Shown piece after piece: positions 21,205 through 29,680 of a stretch of DNA of 64,000 nucleotides. A program made the position numbers and the translations under genes. Each line of letters opens with the position of its first letter. Within the stretch, counting starts at the first letter, position 1. The notes under the pieces are model-generated. The model did not search any database. It saw nothing but the letters and a program-made list of their open reading frames with translations, and was not told where the DNA came from. Origin of the DNA: Chthonomonadales bacterium (lineage in GTDB: Bacteria > Armatimonadota > Chthonomonadetes > Chthonomonadales > CAJBBX01); assembly GCA_037443035.1 (NCBI GenBank), contig JBBIPC010000006.1, positions 32,001-96,000 on the forward strand, given 5' to 3'.

Positions 21205-21855
21205 GTGCAACGGCGGTCGAGCGTGACGAATACCCAGGGTGCAGAAGCGACACTGTCGAGCGGTAGGTCTGGCGCAAGCGACCAAGACCTTGTCGTCCGC
21301 GCACGTTCGGGGGAAGATGCGGCGTTCGATGAACTGCTCCGTCGTCACTACGGTCGTGTCGTGAACTTCGCCTACCGGCTCCAGGGGAATATGGACGACG
21401 CCGAGGACATCGCGCAAACAGCATTTGTCCGGATACATGCCAACCTTGGGCGTATGCGGGATGGTCAGGCTGTGCTCGCATGGCTGTATAGAACCGTTGT
21501 CAATCTGGTGCGCGATCGTGCGAAGTCGGCTCGGCGAAAGCCGCTTTCGTGGTTCACCGACCTGGTTTCTCGGAGCGATGATGACAATAGCGAAGAGTAC
21601 GCGGGGCCGCCGGACGGCAGTCTAGATCCAGCACGCATGGTCGAGTCCGCGCAGCTGCACGACGCACTAGAACAGGCCATCGGTGCATTGCCTCTGGAGT
21701 TTCGCGAACCATTGGTACTGCATCACCTGCAGCACCTGGAGGTCGACGAGATTGCAGAAGTGCTTGGCTTGCCGATAGGCACGGTGAAATCGCGGCTCGC
21801 GCGGGCGCGTGGGCGCCTCCGTAATGCGTTGGCGGGGTGGTTCGAGAACAGTTGA
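21205..21855 (+). CDS. ECF RNA polymerase sigma factor
   Basis: Region 2 DAEDIAQTAF, AWLYRTVVN; region 4 EIAEVLGLPIGTVKSRLARAR. Start is GTG 21205 or 21223. Confidence 0.93.
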   Translation: MQRRSSVTNTQGAEATLSSGRSGASDQDLVVRARSGEDAAFDELLRRHYGRVVNFAYRLQGNMDDAEDIAQTAFVRIHANLGRMRDGQAVLAWLYRTVVNLVRDRAKSARRKPLSWFTDLVSRSDDDNSEEYAGPPDGSLDPARMVESAQLHDALEQAIGALPLEFREPLVLHHLQHLEVDEIAEVLGLPIGTVKSRLARARGRLRNALAGWFENS

Positions 21856-21886
21856 CCGGACAGGGGCAAGTCGAGGGAGAAGAATC

Positions 21887-22345
21887 ATGAACTGCGCAGA
21901 GGTTCAAGACAGGATCGTACACCGGCGAGAGGGTTGGCTGAGCCGAGACGAGGCCGCTTCCGTGGATTCCCATCTGGCGGAGTGCGAGAACTGCCGACGG
22001 GCTTATGAAGCCGACGGACAACTTCGCGCTGCTCTCGAACGCTTGCCGGAGCGGGAGGTGCCAGCGCCTTCGTGGCGGCAGGTCGTTGCTGCCCGTGGCC
22101 CAAGTCGTCCGTCGGCGCCGAGATGGCTGCTCATACCTGCTCTCGGCGCTGCCGCAGCCTCAGCCGCTCTTCTCTGGATCACCATGTTCGTGCCACGCGC
22201 GACCGCACCGTCGGGGGTGAATGTGGCTGCGGACTCCCTGTCCGATGCTGCCCGACAGACACACATGCTTCTTGCCGCCTCGGACCTGGGCAGCGATCCT
22301 AACCGGGCGATCGTCGCATGGCGATCTACTGGAGGTGAGCACTAG
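21887..22345 (+). CDS. zinc-binding (zf-HC2/ZAS) transmembrane anti-sigma factor
   Basis: MNC...SHLAECENC (HxxxCxxC) followed by one TM helix; start at 21887 after GGAG. Confidence 0.88.
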   Translation: MNCAEVQDRIVHRREGWLSRDEAASVDSHLAECENCRRAYEADGQLRAALERLPEREVPAPSWRQVVAARGPSRPSAPRWLLIPALGAAAASAALLWITMFVPRATAPSGVNVAADSLSDAARQTHMLLAASDLGSDPNRAIVAWRSTGGEH

Positions 22346-22348
22346 GTT

Positions 22349-23434
22349 ATGGGGCTGCTGGGGTTCGCACGGATGCTGATGCTAGCAGGCCGCCGACTTA
22401 GCGTTCTGGGCTTGCTTGCCGGCACGCTTTGCCTCCCGGCTTATGCCGCGCCGGCCGACCTGCTGGCGCGTGCCCTCAAGGGACCGACGAAGCCATACGA
22501 GGGCGTGCAAGAGACCACCGTGTATATCACCACCGGCGCCAGCGTATCGAGAGTACGTGTCCGCGGAGATGGACGCGGCGCGGTTCGGCGCGAGTTCGAG
22601 ACTGGACCGGCGGCTGGGGTCGTTGTCATTCAGAAGGGCGCCAGAACTTGGCAGAAACAAGGAGACGGCTCCTATTTGCAGCTTCCAGTGACGGGAAGCG
22701 ATCCAACAGATATGGCGCGAAGAGTGGCGGCCAACTACAGAGTTACAGTGCGCACGGGTCTAAGGTTCCTCGGACGCAGAGCGAGCGAGATACACGTTGC
22801 GGCGCGCCATCCATTCAACCCGTCGCGAAAGCTCGTCATCGATGACTCCACTGGGCTGGTTCTGGAGGATGTCCTGTTCGCCCCGGACGGCCAGAAGCGA
22901 TCTCACACTGCCTTCGTCAGCCTCACCTACCGGCCGCAGCCGCCGTCCGTTTTCGATGTGCCGCGAGCGACGGTTGGCAGCTCCTCGACGTATGGCCCTG
23001 GCTCCTTCGTAGCACGCGACTCCGAACAGCAGGTCGTGTCGGAGACTGGTCGGCCCGTTCCAGTACCGAGGTATGTGCCGCCAGGCTATCTTCCATGCAT
23101 CTATGGAGTCATGACAACCGGGCGTGGGATCAAGACGCCAGCGGTGCGGTATAGCGACGGCCTGGCTGCCATCACCATCTTCGTCCGAGCAGGCGGAGTG
23201 GGTATGGGCGGCGGGCCAGGCATGGGGGGCGGCTGGCGCAGGGGCGCCGGTGGTCAGGGACCGCGCCGCCGCGGACCGGGTCCCTGGGGCCCTCCTGGCA
23301 GACCCGGTAATCTGACAGCAGAATCGGACAGGCAGCGGTCCGTCGTTCTATACACGAGCACGACGGCGTCCTATATTCTCATTGGTGACATTTCTGCAGA
23401 TGAGCTCACGCGTGTGGCCCGCAGCCTTCCCTGA
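22349..23434 (+). CDS. MucB/RseB-like exported sigma regulator with Gly-rich insertion
   Basis: Signal peptide; LolA-like words FLGRRA, IDDSTGLVL; PRYVPPGY...YSDGLAAITIF C-domain; follows the anti-sigma. Confidence 0.75.
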   Translation: MGLLGFARMLMLAGRRLSVLGLLAGTLCLPAYAAPADLLARALKGPTKPYEGVQETTVYITTGASVSRVRVRGDGRGAVRREFETGPAAGVVVIQKGARTWQKQGDGSYLQLPVTGSDPTDMARRVAANYRVTVRTGLRFLGRRASEIHVAARHPFNPSRKLVIDDSTGLVLEDVLFAPDGQKRSHTAFVSLTYRPQPPSVFDVPRATVGSSSTYGPGSFVARDSEQQVVSETGRPVPVPRYVPPGYLPCIYGVMTTGRGIKTPAVRYSDGLAAITIFVRAGGVGMGGGPGMGGGWRRGAGGQGPRRRGPGPWGPPGRPGNLTAESDRQRSVVLYTSTTASYILIGDISADELTRVARSLP

Positions 23435-23463
23435 TGTCATGGCCGACAGTGACGCGAAAACCT

Positions 23464-23494
23464 CGGGAACCCACTCTGCCCCGCGTCGTCCTTA
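23464..23494 (+). promoter_or_regulatory. ECF sigma promoter (second copy)
   Basis: CGGGAACCC-N14-CGTCCTTA, 46 nt upstream of ATG 23541. Confidence 0.75.
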
Positions 23495-23540
23495 GCCCAG
23501 AACGAAGACAGGTCCGGAAGGGCCGAGGAGGTACGGGAAA

Positions 23541-24104
23541 ATGACAAAGAAAATGACCGCTGGGGCGCTGGCGGCAACCCTCGTGGCAGCCACGATGGTG
23601 CCAACCCTCGCTCAGGGACGCGGCAGGGGTTTCGGTGGGGGAGCAGGATGGCGCGGCAACGGTGTATGCATGGGAGCTGGTCTGGGCCGAGGTGCTGGTC
23701 GTGGTCCTGGTGGCTGGTGGACTCGGGTGAACCCTGCGACACCTGAGCAGCAGGCGTTCGTACAACAGGTGACCGACCTGCACAACAGGATCCGAGCGCT
23801 CAATCTGGAGATTGCAGGCATGCGGGCGGCGAATGCACCGGCCGATCAGATCGCGAAGAAGGAGCAGGACGTAACGGCGCTGCGGTCGGAGCTGGCGCGT
23901 GTAACGACCGCCAACGAGAAACTCCTCCGCGAGATGGGTATTCCAGCTCCCTATGGTGTCTGCAATGGACAGGGACCGATCGGTAGATACGGAGGCGGCG
24001 CAGCCAGGGTTGGCGGCGGGCAGCGTTGGAATGGGATGGTCGGCGCTGGCCTAGGACCTCGCAACGGAACGGGACCCAACCCCTACTGTCCTTTGAAGAA
24101 GTAG
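23541..24104 (+). CDS. secreted Gly-rich ZraP/Spy-like helical-hairpin protein
   Basis: Signal peptide, TPEQQ...LNLEI...PADQIAKK helical core, Gly-rich flanks with three Cys; GAGGAGG RBS. Confidence 0.72.
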   Translation: MTKKMTAGALAATLVAATMVPTLAQGRGRGFGGGAGWRGNGVCMGAGLGRGAGRGPGGWWTRVNPATPEQQAFVQQVTDLHNRIRALNLEIAGMRAANAPADQIAKKEQDVTALRSELARVTTANEKLLREMGIPAPYGVCNGQGPIGRYGGGAARVGGGQRWNGMVGAGLGPRNGTGPNPYCPLKK

Positions 24105-24135
24105 ACCGGTACGAGGCGTTCTCCCTCCGGGAACG

Positions 24136-24169
24136 AGCAGGGCGCGGCAGACAGTCGCGCCCTGCTTTC
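24136..24169 (+). terminator. hairpin terminator between convergent genes
   Basis: AGCAGGGCGCGGC/GTCGCGCCCTGCT stem followed by a short T-run. Confidence 0.65.
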
Positions 24170-24176
24170 GTGTGAC

Positions 24177-25550
24177 CTAGGCGGCACTCATGGCACGGTC
24201 CACCGCCGAACTCAACGCCTCTAGCCCGTCCTCGATGGCGGCCTGGGAGATACATAGGGGCGGGGCGATCTTGACGCATGCACCGCCCACGCCAACCGGC
24301 GCAAAAAGCATTAGACCACAACGGTAGCACTCTTCCACGATGCGTTGGGCGAGCTCCGCATCCGGGTCCGTAGTGTCAGCGTGCACGATCTGCAGCCCCG
24401 CGACGAGCCCTTTGCCCTTCACACAACCGATGCGTTCCGGGCGCCGTCGCTGGATCTCGAGCAGTCCCGACAGGAGCGGCTCTCCCATGCGACGCGCGTT
24501 TTCCACAAGGTTCTCCTGCAGGATGGTCTCGATGCTCGCCAGGGCTGCACGGCAGCAGACAGGATTTCCCGAGTGTGTGCTGGTCATTGTGCCAGGATCG
24601 TAGAGGTCCATGACTTCATCGCGTCCGAGAACGGCTGAGATTGGGAGGGAGCTCGAGATGCCCTTGCCGCATGCGATGAGATCCGGGACGATGTTGTAGT
24701 GTTCGAAGCCCCAGAAGGTGCCGCACCGCCCGAATCCGGCCTGGACCTCATCCAGTGCAAGGAGGATGTGGTTATCCGTGCACCACCTCCGCAGCTGCTG
24801 GGCGTATTCCACCGGCATGAAGTCCGGCCCTGCTCCCTGGTAGGTCTCCACCATCACACCAGCAACAGTGTCGGGTGAAATGTGCAAGTCGTCCAGCGCC
24901 CGGAGGAATCCCTGGAAAGTCGTGTCGCGATTGCGGTATCCGTCCGGAAACGGCAGGCGATAGATCGCAGGATCGAGGTTGGCAATCCACCGATGACCAT
25001 CCCCGAGAGGACCCATCTGCTGGGCGCCCATGGTGCGTCCGTGGAAGCCCTGCTGGAACCCTATGACCCCGATCTTGTGCGCGCCTCCGGTCCTCAGTCC
25101 CCAAGTGCGCATGAGCTTCAGGCAGCATTCTGTCGCCTCGGAGCCTGTCGTCAGGAGGAAGCACTTGCCGATGCCCTCAGGAGCCAACTCCACCAAACGC
25201 TGCGCCAGCAACGCCCGTTCCTCGCTCGGGAAGCAGTAGTTGTGCAGCAGACCCCGGTCGCATTGAGCGCGAATTGCCTGCACTACCGCTGGGGCGCTGT
25301 GGCCTGCATTCGTGACGAGGACGCCAGACGACCAGTCGAGCCACATATTGCCGTAGGGATCGTAGACGTTGACACCTTCTGCTCGATGCCACACAATCGG
25401 TGGCTGGCCAGACATCGAGCGAGGCTCGTAGCAGCGGAGACGCCTGAGCAGATCCACAGAATCCGGGTGAGGGAGGGGAGTGCAGATATGTCGGAAGGGC
25501 GTATGAACTTCCGGGACTGCGGTTGGCTCGAGGGCGAAGGCTCTACCCAT
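24177..25550 (-). CDS. class III PLP-dependent aminotransferase
   Basis: TGSEATE, GFHGRT, DEVQAGFGR, PDLIACGKG, THSGNP. Start 25550 by AGGAG RBS (25586 also possible). Confidence 0.92.
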   Translation of the reverse strand: MGRAFALEPTAVPEVHTPFRHICTPLPHPDSVDLLRRLRCYEPRSMSGQPPIVWHRAEGVNVYDPYGNMWLDWSSGVLVTNAGHSAPAVVQAIRAQCDRGLLHNYCFPSEERALLAQRLVELAPEGIGKCFLLTTGSEATECCLKLMRTWGLRTGGAHKIGVIGFQQGFHGRTMGAQQMGPLGDGHRWIANLDPAIYRLPFPDGYRNRDTTFQGFLRALDDLHISPDTVAGVMVETYQGAGPDFMPVEYAQQLRRWCTDNHILLALDEVQAGFGRCGTFWGFEHYNIVPDLIACGKGISSSLPISAVLGRDEVMDLYDPGTMTSTHSGNPVCCRAALASIETILQENLVENARRMGEPLLSGLLEIQRRRPERIGCVKGKGLVAGLQIVHADTTDPDAELAQRIVEECYRCGLMLFAPVGVGGACVKIAPPLCISQAAIEDGLEALSSAVDRAMSAA

Positions 25551-25582
25551 TGCGCTAGCTCCTGATGCGTAGGCGATGAAAC

Positions 25583-26761
25583 TCAACCGCGCCTGTACAG
25601 TACCTCTCCACTGGTGATCGTCGCGAGGACGGTCAGTTTCGTGGGGTCCCGTCCGTTGGTGTCGGTCATGAACAGTGTCAGATCGGCATCCGCCCCCACG
25701 GCTATTCGGCCCTTATCGGGCAGCCTCAGCAGCCGAGCCGGGATGGTCGTGACACATCCGACTGCATCGGCGAGCGCCAGTCCGCACCACTGGCAGGCGT
25801 TGGGAATGCATGTGTCGAGCAGAAAACCGGCACCTGCTAGGTAGGGAGTTCCGGATAGGGCGACGCTGCCGTCACTTCGGACCGCGAATCGCCCGTCACC
25901 GTACACGCCAGGTGGCATACCGGCTAGCCCGACCGCATCGCTAATGAGGATCGTCCGTTGGGGACCCTTGGCACGGACGAAGACACGAGCTGCGGCGGGC
26001 TCGAGATGGTGACCGTCTACGATGAACGACGCTGTAAGCCTGTCGCATGCCAGTTGTTCCCAAAGGTAACTGTCATGGCGCGGTATGAGCGCATGGCAGC
26101 CGTTTCCCAGATGTGTGGAGAGTGTGGCGCCAGCCGTGATGGCGTCACGAATGACGGCGGCCGGCGCTCCGGTGTGTCCGATGGCAGCCACGATGCCATG
26201 CTCGACAAGCATCTCGATGAGCTGCAGCGCTCCCGGGCGTTCAGGCGCTAGGGTGCACATGCGGATGTGGCCTGCTGCCGCGTCCTGTAGACGCTGGAAA
26301 GCGCGCGGATCTGGCTCGCGGACGTGCTCCAGAGGATGTGCACCCCGTGGTCCGTCCTCCGGCGAGATAAATGGCCCTTCCAGGTGGATGCCTGTAACAC
26401 CCTTCCGGAAGGTACGGCTCCGTTCCATGGCTCGAGCGATGCGCCGCAAGTTGCGGGCCATGATATCCAGATCGGCCGTGATCACCGTTGGGCAGAACAA
26501 GGCTGTGCCGTGCGCGGCGAGGGCGTCCTGTAGCTGGAGCAGGTCGTCGGTTGTGGTGGGAGGCAGTCCCCATGCGCCATCGTTGAAGTCATGTCCGCCG
26601 TAGCCGTTCACCTGGATATCGTGAAAGCCGGGCGCGAGCCATACATCCGCTCCTCCGATGGCATTGGCCACGACACCGTCGGTAAGCTCGATGATGCGCC
26701 CATCACGGACGTGTACCGTCCGTACGACGCCGTCGGAGATGTCTCGGCCGCAGACCAGCAT
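25583..26761 (-). CDS. N-acetylglucosamine-6-phosphate deacetylase-like amidohydrolase
   Basis: PGFHDIQVNGYGG, HLEGPF, TLAPE, GHT, THLGN, DGHH, ISDA. Confidence 0.88.
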   Translation of the reverse strand: MLVCGRDISDGVVRTVHVRDGRIIELTDGVVANAIGGADVWLAPGFHDIQVNGYGGHDFNDGAWGLPPTTTDDLLQLQDALAAHGTALFCPTVITADLDIMARNLRRIARAMERSRTFRKGVTGIHLEGPFISPEDGPRGAHPLEHVREPDPRAFQRLQDAAAGHIRMCTLAPERPGALQLIEMLVEHGIVAAIGHTGAPAAVIRDAITAGATLSTHLGNGCHALIPRHDSYLWEQLACDRLTASFIVDGHHLEPAAARVFVRAKGPQRTILISDAVGLAGMPPGVYGDGRFAVRSDGSVALSGTPYLAGAGFLLDTCIPNACQWCGLALADAVGCVTTIPARLLRLPDKGRIAVGADADLTLFMTDTNGRDPTKLTVLATITSGEVLYRRG

Positions 26762-26774
26762 GGACTACTGTCCT

Positions 26775-28082
26775 CTATGCCTCCGAACCCAGCCCCGCAG
26801 GCATCGTCTCGGGCAGGCGGTGCGTTCCGTCTGTGGGCTCGAAAAACGATGCCAGGCGAGGCAGCCATTCGCGGTTCGCCTCAGGCGTGAACTGAGCGGA
26901 GTTCAGCTCCACACCGTTGATGGTTGGCACGTAGGCTGCGAAGATACCAGCATGGAGAGCCGCCAGTCCGGGGTTCGTGAGGTCCTGTAAGGCCACACTC
27001 ATGCCGTGTTGGTACGCCCAGGCAGCCGCCACCAACGCGAAGCTATGTCCCTTGCACGTTTTCAGTGCAAGACCGCTCCATCCCTGCTCCTGTGCGAGCG
27101 GCAGTATCTCCGGACCTGTCAACCCTTCATCCAGGAGGACGGGTTTCATGGCTGTCACCGGACGCCAGTCGTAGGCTTCTGCCGTGATATCGCGCCCCGT
27201 CGGCTGCTCCAGATACTCGATGGCGTCGAAGGCAGCTTCGTCCAGGGACCGAACACGCGCCAGGTACTCGGCAGCGGCCTCGGGATTGGGAGTTGCTCCG
27301 TTGCTGTCGGCGGTAAGGCGCGGTGTGCGGACGCCCGTCTCCCGCAAGGCGCGAAACACCTCCACCGTCCACTGTGCATCGGTGGTCACCTCAGCGCCTG
27401 TAATCTTCAGCTTCGCGGCGTGGTAGCCTCGACCTTGCACCCACATGTCGAGAAGCGACCGGAGGTCATCCTCTCGGCTGATGACAAGCCATGCATCGAA
27501 TGCTCGGATAGGCTCTTGTCTCAAGAGGGAGTGGATTGCCGCGCCAGCGCTGGTCTTGTCGAACCAGCAGTCCACCGTATCGAAGCGCTGATTTTTGTCG
27601 TAGATTTCCATGGCGGAGCGACCGAGTGCCAGGCCGACGGCATCGTGAATCGCAGCATCGAAGGGGCTGAGGCACATGGCCAGAGCGAGTGGCGTTGGCG
27701 GTGTTGCCAGGGAGCGCAGGTCCGGCAGGTGTGCAGGCAGGCCGAGAGCCGCAGCGTGCAGGCGCAAGCCCAACTCCAGAGGGTGCGCTGGCTCCCCTCC
27801 GACAAGCTGCGGCAGCTCGGCAGCAATGTGTCTGCAGACGGAGCGGAGCATGTTGTCGCGCGTCGCGTGGTCCAATGCTGTGTCCGGCCACGACCAGAGA
27901 TCGCTCAGGTACATTGCGCCTCGACCGCGTGCGATACGCGACCCCACTGCCACGCGCACTGTGACCCGGACCTCGGTGATCTCTGTGATGGCTCCCGAGC
28001 TGATTACCAATGGCCGGACGAAGCGTCGTGGAAGGAACTCGACAGTCGCCTCGAGGACCATGCCGTGCAGGTAATCGGGCAT
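26775..28082 (-). CDS. enolase superfamily (MR/MLE-type) enzyme
   Basis: KLK motif, metal ligands ADSN / LEQP / LDEG, LALKTCKG; start uncertain. Confidence 0.82.
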   Translation of the reverse strand: MPDYLHGMVLEATVEFLPRRFVRPLVISSGAITEITEVRVTVRVAVGSRIARGRGAMYLSDLWSWPDTALDHATRDNMLRSVCRHIAAELPQLVGGEPAHPLELGLRLHAAALGLPAHLPDLRSLATPPTPLALAMCLSPFDAAIHDAVGLALGRSAMEIYDKNQRFDTVDCWFDKTSAGAAIHSLLRQEPIRAFDAWLVISREDDLRSLLDMWVQGRGYHAAKLKITGAEVTTDAQWTVEVFRALRETGVRTPRLTADSNGATPNPEAAAEYLARVRSLDEAAFDAIEYLEQPTGRDITAEAYDWRPVTAMKPVLLDEGLTGPEILPLAQEQGWSGLALKTCKGHSFALVAAAWAYQHGMSVALQDLTNPGLAALHAGIFAAYVPTINGVELNSAQFTPEANREWLPRLASFFEPTDGTHRLPETMPAGLGSEA

Positions 28083-28196
28083 ATGGATACTCGTGTCGCT
28101 CTTTTCCTCAGACTGAACAGCACCGTCTACAACATTGTGCACGCAATGCGCCCAACATGACTACTCCCTACGTCAAGGGACGCAGGCGCGTCACAA

Positions 28197-28226
28197 TTGA
28201 CACTGGCGTAAGCGTATGCGTATAAT
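28197..28226 (+). promoter_or_regulatory. sigma70 promoter of tRNA-Met
   Basis: TTGACA (28197-28202)-N18-TATAAT (28221-28226). Confidence 0.9.
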
Positions 28227-28235
28227 AGGATGCTC

Positions 28236-28311
28236 GGCGGGATAGCTCAGTGGTTAGAGCGAACGGCTCATAATCGTTAGGTCGAGGGTTCGAATCCCTC
28301 TCCCGCTACCA
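28236..28311 (+). tRNA. tRNA-Met(CAT), probably elongator
   Basis: 76-nt cloverleaf, GGCGGGA/TCCCGCT acceptor stem, CAT anticodon, GGTTCGAATCC T-arm, encoded CCA. No C1 mismatch and no three G-C anticodon-stem pairs, so not an initiator. Ile2 is not fully excluded. Confidence 0.93.
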
Positions 28312-28323
28312 TGGTACGATCTT

Positions 28324-28354
28324 AGGAGGCCCGGGGTGTGCTCGGGCCTTCCTT
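28324..28354 (+). terminator. hairpin downstream of the tRNA
   Basis: GGAGGCCCGGG/CTCGGGCCTTCC stem. Confidence 0.6.
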
Positions 28355-28428
28355 CGAGGAGCCGTCCCAAGCGGATGATGATGCTGCGCTATATCCGAGC
28401 TGCCGTCGTACCGTGGATGTGCAAGCAT

Positions 28429-29511
28429 ATGACCACTTGTACGCCGCTTAGCCGAGCTACGCTCGCTGTCACGATTCTGCTGATCGCCACATCTGCGTCC
28501 CGTGCAGAGGACATCGTATGGGCAACTGGTCGCGTGCTCGATTCGAGTGGAACTCGACCGGTGCCGGGTGCCGTCGTGGCTGTGTACGACGCCAAGAATC
28601 GTGTGGTGGACTATGTGAAAACGGACGCCAACGGGGAATACGCCCTGGCCATCCCGAAGAGTGCGCTGAACCTCCCACGGAGGCGTGGCGGGTTCTTGCA
28701 CCAAGTCTCCAAGACGGTGAACTCTGCAGTGAGCAGTGCGGGCGGTCTGATCGGGGCACCCATCAAGGCAGGCATCCGAGCCGCAGCTTCGGCAGCGGGT
28801 GGCACGGATCCGCTTACGAGGGCAGGAATCGGTGCTGCCGCCGGTGTGGTGAGCAACATTGTGGATATCGTTACCGGCAGTGGTGCAACGCGGCGAGCAT
28901 TGGAGCGTAGTGCTCCTGGTGTCGTGACCATGCGGGTGTATGCAGACGGCCACGAGGATGTGGCAGGTCTCAGCAGGGTCTACTGGATGCAGGAGGAGGT
29001 CTATCGGGTCGGTGGCGGCGAGCAGAGGGCTACGGTAGCATGGCTCGATCCGGTTCGTCTTGGTTCGGCAGGAGGCGGTCGTTCCGTCCTGAGCTCCGAT
29101 CTGATGTGTTTCACGGAGGCGAGGGTCAGCCCAGCGATCGTTGAGCGTGGACAGGAAGTAACGCTATCGGTGACCTTCCATCAGGCTTCGGAGCCACGCA
29201 CACCAGTGGTGATCGTTGCCCGAAACTCCCGTACAGGCCAGATGTACGAGCTCGAGCGTGTCGGGCCTGACAGGTACGCGTGTCGCTTCATGGTTGACAA
29301 GAGGAATCCGCTGAACGACCAAATCCTCACGGTCATTGCGTATGCAGGTCAGGATACAAGACCTGGGAGGCTGCCTGACGTGGAGCGAGCGCTGCTTCGT
29401 GGCGGTTTCTGGGATCCGGGCCGTCGGTTCGTGTACAACCCGCTCCTAGTTGCAGGCAGGAACCGCGTAGAGGTCACCCTCACGGTGGTGGAACCTCCGC
29501 GCAGGAGATAG
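28429..29511 (+). CDS. secreted protein with carboxypeptidase-regulatory-like beta-sandwich
   Basis: Signal peptide, then TGRVLDSSGTRPVPGAVVAV...KTDANGEY; Gly/Ala-rich insert; start uncertain. Confidence 0.72.
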   Translation: MTTCTPLSRATLAVTILLIATSASRAEDIVWATGRVLDSSGTRPVPGAVVAVYDAKNRVVDYVKTDANGEYALAIPKSALNLPRRRGGFLHQVSKTVNSAVSSAGGLIGAPIKAGIRAAASAAGGTDPLTRAGIGAAAGVVSNIVDIVTGSGATRRALERSAPGVVTMRVYADGHEDVAGLSRVYWMQEEVYRVGGGEQRATVAWLDPVRLGSAGGGRSVLSSDLMCFTEARVSPAIVERGQEVTLSVTFHQASEPRTPVVIVARNSRTGQMYELERVGPDRYACRFMVDKRNPLNDQILTVIAYAGQDTRPGRLPDVERALLRGGFWDPGRRFVYNPLLVAGRNRVEVTLTVVEPPRRR

Positions 29512-29680
29512 GCCACTTCACGTGGCACTGGTGCCGCTTCCTTTGGAGAGCTGCACCGCGCCGACCCGGTGGCGTGCTAGATAACCGGGTGTTTGGACAG
29601 GATTGCTGGGACGCTCAGGCAGCATCTCGAGGCCCAGTCGGTCTCAGGAAGCGCCGGCGGCCCCGCCAGGAGACAATTCT

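Noticed and set aside
28236..29511. tRNA-Met as an integration site for an island
   Set aside because: No integrase, and I saw no duplicate of the tRNA 3' end or compositional shift.
29512..29680. Glycine-riboswitch-like words (GGAGAG, CGCCGA, two CTCAGG) upstream of the GH42-like gene
   Set aside because: The conserved CCGAAG and the expected stems are missing, and the downstream gene is unrelated; would need an Rfam hit.
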